Positions 1 to 10,700 of a DNA stretch of 35,719 nt are shown here, piece after piece; the stretch's first letter is position 1, and the number at the start of each line of letters is the position of its first letter. The DNA lies in the NCBI GenBank assembly GCA_026025795.1, contig JAPEUG010000154.1, forward strand, positions 1-35,719, read 5' to 3'. A program made the translations under genes and the position numbers. The stretch comes from Thelocarpon superellum. Lineage: Eukaryota. The notes beneath the pieces were generated by a model, which saw only the letters and a program-made list of their open reading frames with translations, was not told the DNA's origin and made no database searches.

Positions 1-155
1 CGTCTCAAGTCAAGGGTCTACCCAAAAGTATCTGATGGTAAGAGCATGCGTTGACCGGTGTCGTCCAGTTTCCATGAGCGAAGGCCAAGACCTGTTCTAC
101 CGATCCCGTTGGGCACGAGGTGGCCCTGCGTATTCCGTATGGCTACAGAGGTCAC

Positions 156-319
156 TGATAAGGATGCAGCACCAAGGTGGAAAAGGAAAAGCGGATCCGC
201 AAATCCCCATGCAAATTCGCCGGAATTGCATGGTTGAGAATGTCAGGTTGCGCGCCAGCCTGACAGAGCTGACGTCTTTCCCCAACTTGTGGCATGTGTC
301 TCATTATCTATCCCTATCT
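156..319. promoter_or_regulatory. Putative GATA (AreA/NIT2-type HGATAR) sites upstream of the Amt remnant
   Basis: TGATAA at 156-161 (+), AGATAA at 304-309 (-) and AGATAG at 314-319 (-), 170-330 nt upstream of the Amt ATG at 486. Fungal mep genes are known AreA/NIT2 targets. The motif is short, so chance occurrence is possible. Confidence 0.35.
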
Positions 320-485
320 CTCGGCCTCTCAAGCTGCCAAGCTTGCAGGTGACGTCAGGCTAGTCCGCAATGGTACACAAGGCCTTCTTACAGACGGATT
401 ACTCAAGTCTATGTTCACTTGTTTCTCTGAAATTGCTCCTGTTGCAAGAGTGCGAGACAGCTTCGCGGCCGCCATCACAGTCGCA

Positions 486-834
486 ATGTCCTACGCAAGC
501 ACGGGACATCCGTCCCAGCTCAATGGATCGCCGGGAGATGAAGGTGACTTCAGTACGTACGACCCAAGACGGGTGACGAATCCGCTGAGCAGAAGATGCA
601 GCAACGACGAATCTGAACCAATGGTTTCAGGCGCGGGACCAGGCGTATGTCGTGGTGTCGTCGGCCATGGTGCTGGTCATGATCCCTGGCCTAGGCTTTT
701 TCAATTCCGGTCTCGCACAACGCCAATCGGCTCTCAGCATGATCTGGGCGTGCATGGGTTCCTTCACCGTCATCACCTTCCAATGGTACCCGTGGGGGTA
801 CTCCCTCGCCTTTAGTCAGTCCAGCACGTGCGGC
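486..834 (+). pseudogene. Truncated ammonium transporter (Amt/Mep family), N-terminal fragment only
   Basis: Exon 486-552, intron 553-601 (GTACGT...GCTGAG...TGCAG), exon from 602 in frame. Translation: MSYASTGHPSQLNGSPGDEGDFTTTNLNQWFQARDQAYVVVSSAMVLVMIPGLGFFNSGLAQRQSALSMIWACMGSFTVITFQWYPWGYSLAFSQS. This matches the fungal Mep N-terminus (GDxAY...M.PGLGF.YSGL.RRKSAL...FQW.FWGYSLAF). Similarity ends near 834; the frame continues through unrelated sequence to TAA at 1003-1005. The remaining ~9 TM helices are absent from the window. Confidence 0.85.
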
Positions 835-1077
835 GAGTTCGCGAATGACTACGAGGAGGTTCAAATTGACGGACGAGAATTTCATTCATTCAGTCGTTTC
901 GTCGTTATGTTATCTGTGTCTGTCTCGGGGTCTGTATACACAATAGATGAGAGAGCAAGCAACCTTTCCTTCCTTCCGTCCGTCCTTCCATCCTCCACCA
1001 TGTAACAAACACCATCCTGATGAATAATCGATGCAAGAAAGATCACCCGGAAAATGTCCAGGACGACCAGCAAGACC

Positions 1078-1109
1078 ATGTCAATGTCAATGTCAATGTC
1101 AATGTCAAT
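1078..1109. repeat. (ATGTCA)5 hexanucleotide microsatellite just past the leashin stop codon
   Basis: Five perfect ATGTCA units read directly from the sequence. Confidence 0.9.
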
Positions 1110-1112
1110 CTC

Positions 1113-4100
1113 TCAAACCACATTGCTCACGTCCATACTGGACGCCGTGATGCTCTGCATGGAGCGATTGTCAAGAGACATGGCGTCGCCCGAGAGGACG
1201 CGGACGACTTTGCGCGGGTTGGTGGGCTGCGCGACGAGCACCTGCGCGGGACAGACGACGATTTCGTCGTCGCCGACGCCGTCGTCGTCGCCTTTCTTGA
1301 CGACCAAGGGGAACAAGACCATGCGCACGATGGCGCCGGCGGCTTCCAGGTCCTCGTTGGACGTCGCGTCGCCGCTCCGTTCGTTCATCAGGGCGGCGTT
1401 GAAGGAGACTTGGCGTGCCAGCTGGCCGTCCGTGGTATATTCGGGCTGTAGCGGCGGCAGCATCATGAACTCGGCCCGTTGCGTGCGCATCTCGATCGAC
1501 AGGTCGATGGCGTTGCGCATCACCTTGCGCAGGGTCTCCTGGATCTGGGGAATGAGGTTGGCGGGCGGTGGGAGGAGGGCTGAGAGCGTGCGCAGGACCT
1601 CGCCCACGACCGCTTCCGTGTCTTGTTCGCGCTGGGTGGCGAAGGCTTGGCGGCGCGAGAGCAGCGTCAGGGTCGTGGCCCGCCACTGATGCACGGCCGT
1701 GGCCGGGCCGACCTCGGACAGCAGCTTCTCGAGCGACTTGAGCTTCTGTCGCTGCTCGCGGTCCATGCCGAAGAGATAGCGCGTGAAGACGAACTCCCAC
1801 ACCATGGTCATGACCACGGACATGAAGACGTCGCGTCGCTTGATCCGGTCGGCCAGATAGGTGTCCACGTCGGACCCGTCCAGGATGGCGTTGTCCAGCC
1901 GCTCGAAGATCTTGTCGTCGCGCACCTCGTCCGCCAGCCGGCAGCCGCGCATGTCGGAGAACTTGGAGAAGCGCAGGACCCACTGCTGTACCTGCTGGCA
2001 CAGCTGCTGGCAGGCATTCTCAAAGTAGTCCTCGTCGCGCACCAGCAGGAAATTCTCGCGCGGCTTGCTGGCGAGGATCTGTTGTTGCAGCGAGCGGACT
2101 TGCGCCCGCGTCGCGTCCAGCTCCTCCCGCAGCCGGCTCACCTCGGCCTTCTTGTCCGCGAGGGCCAGGTCCACTTCTTGCCGCACCACCTCCTCCATCT
2201 CGGCCGACATCGACCCTCGTTGTCGCAGGTCGACCAGCGCCCGCGTCGTTTCCTCCAAGGCCCGATGCTTGTGGTCATGCTCCGTCCGTAGCGAGGCCAC
2301 TTGATCCCCGTGGGCCGCCGCCGTCGCCGCCAGGCCCTCGTTCAGCTCCGTCAGGCGTGCGAGCTCGGCATGCAGCCGATCGAGCGTTTCGCGGAGCTGC
2401 ACGATCTCCGTGTCCTTGTCGCGTATGTGTTGGTCGCGGGCGGCGATGGCGTGGGACTCGGGCATCGCGCCACTGCGGCTCTGTGCATAGACGGCATCAT
2501 ACAGGCCCTTCTCCGCCTTGAGTTTCTCCTCTTGCAGTTGTCGATTGTCCGATGCGAGCTGTTCGAGTCGGGTCTCCATGTCCATGATCTGCATGCTCTG
2601 GCGCCGTCGCATGCTCGGTGGACGCGTCTGCGACCGGGGCGACCCAGGCACATCACCGACTCCCTCCTGTACACGGGTCAGCAACGCCATGTCATCGTGA
2701 GAAGGAGGGCGACGTACAAAGACCTCGCCCATGTCGCGCGGTCGGCCTTTGCCTTTGTCCGTGACAGGGTCGTAGGTGGAGGAGGAGGCGACGGAGGCGG
2801 CGTGGTGGAGGTCGGAGAGGCTGACGCCCGCTGAAGGATTGGCGAGGTCGGCGACGCTCGCCTTCGCTTGGCGCCGTTTACTCGCCGCCCTAAGGTCGCC
2901 ACTAAGGCTGCGGTTGACCCGGCGGAGCGAGGAGACGCTGCCACTGTCGCTGCCGCTGTGTTGGCCTGGTGCACCATTCGAGCGAGCACTGACGCCGCTG
3001 AGCGGACTTGGTTGGTCTCGTACGTCTCCAAGATCGCGTCGGTCACGTAGGTCTCGGTCGGGCGTGTGCAGTGAAAGCCGGGGCCCTCGACTCAACGAGC
3101 GACCGGTGCCGTCACGTGACTGACTCCGAGCGCTCATCCGGTCCATGTCCACGGTCTCCTCTCGGTCATTGACCGAGGGCCAGGGGAGCCGAGACATGAG
3201 CTCGTCACTGGAGACGACCTGGTCGTCATCGTACCTCGATCGGTCACTGTGACCACGACTGTGGTCCCGGGATGGTGTGTCGTCTGCCAGTTGCTCCGGA
3301 ATCGTCATGAGTCGCTGGCGCTCCGATCCGAGCGGCGACCGAGTGGATACAGGCACATCGCTGTTGATTCCGATCGGCCCACCGAACAACGACGGTCGAG
3401 TCTGGGAGTCATGGTCGCGTTCGCGGCTCTGAGGAACAATCGGTCTCTCGCCGTCACCATTTTCTACTGCCCGCGACGCCCCGTACGGGCTGCCTTGGCC
3501 GTCCCGGTGCGACGGCGATGAGTCAAACAGGTATGAGTTTCGGTCTTTCGACGTCGATGCGACCGGAGAGGGCGCGGGCTGGTCGTCTGATGACCGCCTC
3601 GAATCTGTCGCTCGGTCGGTGGAGGCACGGTGGGGCAGAACCTCCACTGGTCGGCCATCCGCCCCGTATCGGACATCGTCGTGGCTGCCGCGTGAGACGG
3701 ACAATTCGTAGGAAGGGTCCACCTCTACCGAGACGTTGAGGGGCCGATGGCCTGGTGAGCCGACCAACGACGGGCTGGGGGATGGACTGTCGGCCAATTT
3801 CGACGCCGTCTCGTGGTTGTCTGACAACGCGATCGGTCGGTCATCTTGGGGCCCGGACTCACGAGCCGCAACATGCTGAGAAACGTCTCCTCGGGCGTCG
3901 CTAGGAGACCTACACCGGTCAACCGGATCGTCATAGCCGCTATCGCGAACCGAGCGACGTAGAGAGCCCTGCTGCGAGAGCAGCGGAGAGTCGGCAACAA
4001 TCATGCCGCTGTCCCGAACGCCACCTTCACTCTCCACTTCCTGAGAGTCTTGAGATCGACGCTGGCGTCCCGAGTGGACTGCCTGGGCCAGGGCTTGACC

Positions 4101-4722
4101 AGCCACGGCGCCGACCACGATTTGGCCGAGGCCCTTCGGGCTAAGACCCATCACGTCCGTGACCGATGGGGATTGGTCCAGTCTTTCGGGCGTGCTCGAC
4201 CGTGCTCGTCGCTCGGCTTCCTCTGGTGCCTCTCGTGGTCGCTCGTGTCTGCGAGGCGCAAAGTCGAACTGCTCACCAAAGATGCTATGATCCGCCTCAA
4301 CGGTGTCCGGGACAGGCATCTCCTCCTCGACAAAGGAACCCGGGATGGGACGTGTGGGCGGTTCTTCGTCGACGAGTCGCGGGGCGTTTCCCCGTTTGTC
4401 AATCCGGGATGTATCTCGTGCATCGAGAGATTCCACCTTCATGTCGGTCTCCATCGCCTCCGGTGTTAAGGCACGAGACGTCTCTTTGCGACCATGCTTT
4501 CCCTTCTTGCCCTTTTTCTTTTTCGGAATCTCTTGGAATTCAGATGCTTCTTCCTGGGCTTCGGCGGCCGAGTCGTTGGTAGGGGATTTCTCGACGGGCG
4601 CGACGATCGTGAGGGAGGGCGCCCGATCAGCGGAATCATCATCGTCGATGAGATCGGCCGCATCGATGTCCTCTGCTTCTCGGGCTTTCGATATAGGATC
4701 CGGTACCTCCGACACATCGGGT

Positions 4723-4782
<60 letters not shown>

Positions 4783-7700
4783 ACCGGAACCAAGTCCTCG
4801 GTCTTTTGCGTCTTCTTCTTCTTGCCTTTACCCTTGGCCGGAGACATCCAGTCATTCTCGGGCTCTTGCATCTCGGCAGGCTCCTCCGTGATGTCGCGAC
4901 GATCGGTAATGTTGTCCGAGGGGAAGGCCTTCGCTGCGACGGCTTCTGCCGGCACGATCTCTTCGGTTTCGGGGTCCTCTTTGATGCTTGATCGATTCTT
5001 CTTGCCTTTCTTCTTCCTGTCCTTGGACCGCTTGAGAAGATACGCGTCCGATGCGACTGGCTCGGTGTCGTCCTTGGCCTCACCCACAGCCACGGCTTCC
5101 TTGTCATTCGTGACCTCTTCGCTGATAGCCCGCTCTGATAGCCGTTCATTGGCTGGATGGTCGGCAACGACTTGATCTTGATCGTTCTCTGTCGCGTAAA
5201 CCGAAGCTTCCCTGAAATGCGGCATCTCTTCTCGGCCCTCGAGGTGCTTGTGCTCTAGAGGCTGCTGGATGTCTTGGTCTTCCGCCTCCACGATTGAATC
5301 CTCCACGTGTTTGGGGCGCTCGAGCGGGTCAGGGTCAGCGAGGGTGGAAGACCCGTCGGCAAAGGGCACCTGTTTGTTCTTTTTGCCCTTCTTGCCTTTC
5401 TTCTTATTCCCGGATATCGCGTAGTCAGGCTCGTTATTTGCAGGCGGTTCGCTCAAGGCCGTCGCTTCGTCCTGCTTCGACGGAGGCACAGATGGTGTGT
5501 CGACGAGCGGCGTAGGGTTGGTGGATGGTACGTCGTCCGTGAGGTCGCGCATCTGGTCCCGAGTAACGTCCTGCTCTGCGGCCAGGGCATCGGCGACCTC
5601 GGGGTGCTCAGTTGCAGTCGGGCGAGGCCCATCTCGAAGCTCTTCTTTCGGCTGAAGCACGAAATGGCTGGGTTCGTCGTTGACAAGTCCATCGTCGACG
5701 ATAGCACGAGGAGAAACTGTAGCGGTCTCCTGTAGATCCGGAACATCTATTGTCTCGTCAGGAGTTGACGACGATGGCGTTTCGTTCCAATCCAGCAGCC
5801 GCTGGCCCTTCTTGCCCTTCTTCTTCTTGCCGGGAGATGGATCCACTTGCCGCTCGGCGCCGACGACGGCACCGACGCTGGCACCGAGTATCTCGTTCTT
5901 AGAGACTGGACCGGATCCCTCGCTGGAATCTGGGATGTCGCTGAGGGTCGTCTTCTTCCTGCTTTTCTTCTCCTTTTTGCGATCCTTCTTCGACTTGCCT
6001 ACCGAGGCCGTCCAATCGTCGTCGGGCGGAGCGTCGCCGTCGACGGCCGCATCCTGCTCGTCGGTTCCATCTTTCACCGGTGTCAGTTTCGCTTTGAAGT
6101 CGTTGCCGAGGTCTTTGCCGATGCTCCGTGATATGGAAAGGTCATCGCCCTCCTTAATGGGGCTTTGAATTTCTTCGGCCACAGGTTCGCTGGGTAGGTT
6201 TCGCTCGGGGGGTACATCGTCCTCTTGGATCATTCCCTTTTTCTTGTCTTTGTTCTTGCCTTTCTTGCCTTTCTTGCTGACGAAGGTCGGTTCCAAAGAC
6301 AGCTGAGCTTCCTCCGCGGCCTTGTTACTAGGTGGGGGTACGTTCTGACCAATGCTCAGGTCGGCCGACACCTCCAAAGCTTCTGGCGAGCCGATAGACG
6401 TAGGGCCAATATCATCCTGCTGTTTCGTTCGCCGGTTGGGAAAGAGATCGCTGACTGTATGCACTAGTCGCGAGGGAGGATGCGGTGGAGTGCTGGATGC
6501 CATGGTCTCCTTAGCTGCGTCTTCCTCGCGACGGGTATCCTTGACCTCCTTCGCGCGAGAATCGACGGGCAGAGGGAAGGATGCAGCGCGTGGGGTAGAC
6601 TGGGCTGAGTCGAGCAGGTCCAAGGATGGGCGGTCGATGTCACGAAGAGAAGAGGTGTCGACCGTAGGCCTGGTTTGTGGCGACACATCCGAGTCGGCGA
6701 AGACAGGACTGTGCACATCCACACCCTGCATTGGAGGACCATCTTCGGCCTCATCGTGCATCGATGGACTCCGCGAGGTTGAGTGGCTCGACGGCAGGGA
6801 CGGATATTCTTCTTCTGCCGGCACCGACTCTTGCTTCGACGCGTGGCGCTCAACCAGATACAGCGGTCGATACTCCTTCGTCGGCGCGAATTCGGTCGAG
6901 GCCGACTTGTTATGCCGCGTGCGTGAGATCACGGGAAGGATAGGAGAACTCAGGGATGGCGATCGCGCAGCTCCAGTTGTCAAGGGCGGTCGACGGAAAT
7001 GGAGCGGGATGGCCGTGGGCGAAGCGCCTTTGGGAGGGCTCATCATCGGATGAGCACCATCCGGGGACGCAATCATGGAGAGACTCCGAGCCTTGGGTGG
7101 CGTGTCCATCGTCGGCGCCAAGGTCGGCGAATCTGGAGGACTTATGGGCAGCAAAGGGAGGTCGTCCGCATTCACCATTGGAGAGAGCGAATGAGACGTG
7201 GCCGGCCACGGGGGCAGTGGCGCCGCTGCGGAGACGAGCGCGCTGTAATTCCAGAGCGGCTGATCGCGTCGAAAATCAGGAGTGCTATGGGGGCGGGAAG
7301 CAGCATTGGAGAGCGCCATAAACGCACGGCCGGCGCTGCGGTCTTGCGCCGTGCTCAGTGCCCACGATGGCGAGGACTGGGCCGGTTCACCAAGCTGCGG
7401 CCCAGGGTTAGGGTCGGTCAGACTCGGAGCCTGTCAGAGTGTCAGCCACGCGGCTCTGCAGGATGTCTCGAGTACCTGGAGAGGCTTGGTACCTTGATCT
7501 CGTGCTCGCGGGTGATCGTACCTGAATCTGGCTCCTCGTCTTCCCCGTCGCGGCGCCGTTCCTGTAAGTCTCGCGATGAGATGAGGTCTTCGGCAGGGAC
7601 ATCGTCGGCGTAGGTTGACCGCTTGCTCTTCTTGGATTTCTTCTTCTTCTTGGGCGTGTCAAAGTCCTCCACGATCGTTTCGGAGGTAGCATTTCCCTCG

Positions 7701-10700
7701 AGATCGCGAGGCAGCTCCACCGCGGCGTTGTCTTCGAGGTCCACTGCGGTACCACGCTTATTCTTAGACTTTTTCCCCCTCTTCTTGGGGCTCTCGTAGT
7801 CGTCCATCGGAGCCGTGGCCTCGTCCTGATCAATCTCATCGAGCGTGGAATTCCGCTTGCTCCGGCGAGACGCCTTGTCATCCATCGGCTCAAGATCCTC
7901 GTCCGCTGTGCCCTTGCGCGATAATCTCTTGGACTTCTTGCCCTTGGACTTCCGCGCACCGGCCCGATCATCGTCCTTGACCTGCGTTGCAGCCTCCGTT
8001 GCGCCCACGGGTACATCCGCGGGAGGATCGCTCGAAAGATCCTCAGTGGCGTCCACATAATCATCAGGGCTCTCGGACTTCTGCATCGAGTCGCGCTTGG
8101 ATGAGCCCGACCTTTTGCTCGAGACCCGGCTGATGTCGGTGAATCCATCGGTCTCCTCCCGGGCCGCGACAACTCGCGATTCGGTGGGGCCGGCGGGGGC
8201 GTCCTTCTCCGTCTCCTCCTTGGCGGATGGCATGTCTCGGGCGTCCTTGGGCTCGCTCGAACGTTTAGCTCCTTTCATCGCCGCGCTGACCAAGGCACCA
8301 AAGCCGAAGCCTGCCAATCCCGCCGCCGCCGACCGCGACTTCTTGGGAGAGCGCTTCTCTTCGTCCGCGGGCTCGTCGTTCTGGGAGCCATGGGTCGTAA
8401 CCTCTCTCAGGGAGGAAGATGCATCCGCACAGGACTCGGGCTCTGGCCCGGATGGGCCTGCGAGCTCTTGGACAGCGGAGTCTTCGGGCTGTGGATCGGT
8501 TGCTTTTCGCCGCTTTCTCCGCTCTTTCTTGGTGATGATGGTCCCCATGCCAGAGTCAGCCGGATCGCTGCCAGATCCGTCCCGGGAGTCGCCCTCAATG
8601 TCACCTGGACTGGCTAGAGACGGTTCGCCGTCTGATCCAGGCGGCGAGTCCCTACGCTGGTAGGACGGGTCATCGAGGACGATGGACGGGTCGAATCCGG
8701 TATCTTGGAGACCGGCGGCCAGAGTAGCGGCAAAATCCACGTCATTCCCTAAATCCTTTGCTGAGTCTGGGTCGCGCGGCTGGGGGTCGGTGGCCGTCTC
8801 AGCTGATCGTGCGGTCGGCGCCGAAGTATGTACCTCGTCGACTGGGTCTCGCACTTGGTCCTCAGGTTCTGCCGTGGTCTGCTCGGAGGCCTCGGGAGTT
8901 CTTTGCGACTCGGTAGGCGCTTTGGTCGGCAGGAGAGCGGGGGAAGCGGGCACCGGCGTCGGGGAGATTAGATTGAGTCGGGGAACGGTCCACGGCAACG
9001 ACATGAGGCCGGGACGCGATCCGCCAGGGCCATAAGTAGAGCCATAGCTCGATGGATATGGCGCGTCGCGAGACGAACCGGGAGGGGCGACCTCGATGAT
9101 CTGAGGGACTTCATCGGTGAAGAGATCGTCATCGAAGACGGCAGTCGTGGGCTGGCTCGGCTTGGACGATCTGTTGCGCAGCTCGGCAGGCGTGAAGAAA
9201 TCAGCCATTGACTGCTGCTCTTCCGAATATTTGTCCAGCACCGATGGGACACCAGCGGCGTCTCGGGCCGCGATCTTGGAGGCCGCCTGACGCGCGATCT
9301 CCTGTTGCCGTTGGATGTCGCCTCGCAGTCCGGTGACGTGGTCTCGCTCGTCCTGCTGGACGTCGTACAGCGCTTGATATTGTGGTTCCGCTGGCTCTGT
9401 CTCTCGCCGCTTGGGTCGGTTGCGGTCCGGCGCGTGGTTCGCAGCCGCAACAACACCCGTCGCCATGGCCGCACCGGCCACCCCGGCCACCGCCGGACCG
9501 AACCATGACGATTCAGTCTTGTCGTCTCTGGCAGTTGCAGGACCATCGGACTGTCGACGCTGGGCGCGTGAGCGTTCGCGTACTTTCTCTCGCGCAGCCT
9601 TCTCCTCGGCCTCTCGTCGTTTGAGTCGGTCTCGTCGGCTTTCATTGTCTGGCACGGCACGGCGCTCCGCCTCGTCCTTTTCTCGCTGTTCCTTGGTGAG
9701 GTTGAAGCGCACTCCTGTGGATTGTTCCAGCGTGGCGGACCTCCGTCGCGTCTCCTTAACGGGTCTACCGTCGCCGTTGTCGTGTGAGATCGAAGACTTC
9801 CGCGGACGACCTCCTTCACGGATCTCGGCGGAAACATTTCCAGTCGCCTCTAGCGGATAGCCGGGGGGTCCCGACGTAGCGACGTATGAGAGATCAACTG
9901 GCACCTGGGTGGTGTAGACGGAGGAGTATACCGGGGCGTAGGGCTGGGGGTGTTGCAGGGGAAGCGGAGTCGGACGAGCGGAAACGTAGGGCGGCGGCGG
10001 GCCGGACTCTATTGTCTCATGGCGGGCGACATCGAATCGATTCGGGTCGGCGGTGGGTGCGGGATAGACCTCCTGTAGGGATGGCAAGCTGCCAGTACTG
10101 CCTTGGGCCGTCTGACTAGGACGCCCATAACGATCAGCCACGACGGCGCTTATTGCCGCCCCCGCCGCACCTGCCACGGCGGGTCCAACGTGCGACTCAG
10201 CATGGGCTGGTCGTGGGATTGTGGGCGTGGGCGGCGCAGGAGCGGTGTCCGTCCTCTTGGACCGGCTGCTTCCCCAGCGCCAGCCCCACTTGTCGGTACC
10301 AGACGAAGCATCCGAGGCCAGCGACTCCTGGCTGGCTAGTTTGACCGCACTTTCATTGGCGTAAAAGGACCCAAAGGCTAGATCTGAGTGTGCAACGGAG
10401 GACCCATCATCGTCCGTGGCCGACTCCCATGCCTCCTCCTCCACGACGGATGCGGCGGACGCGGGGCCGCCACTCCGCCGTGGGCTCGATCGCTCAGCGT
10501 GAGAATGCGACGGTCTAGTCTCTCTGACGGCCATCAGCTCGGGTCGTCGTTTCTCGCGCGAGCCCTTGGAGGACTGGCTAGCAGCCAAGGCGAGGGCGGC
10601 TGCGCCCAAGCCAAGCATGGCCGCTTCCTCTTTCCGCCGGCCGCTATCTTTGGTCGTACTGGCGCGCTTCTTGCCTTTGGCCGATCGGCGGTCAATGTCC

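Noticed and set aside
7403..7414. GGGTTAGGG telomere-like sequence next to the leashin junction
   Set aside because: Only about 1.5 units, inside coding sequence (DPNPG); expected by chance.
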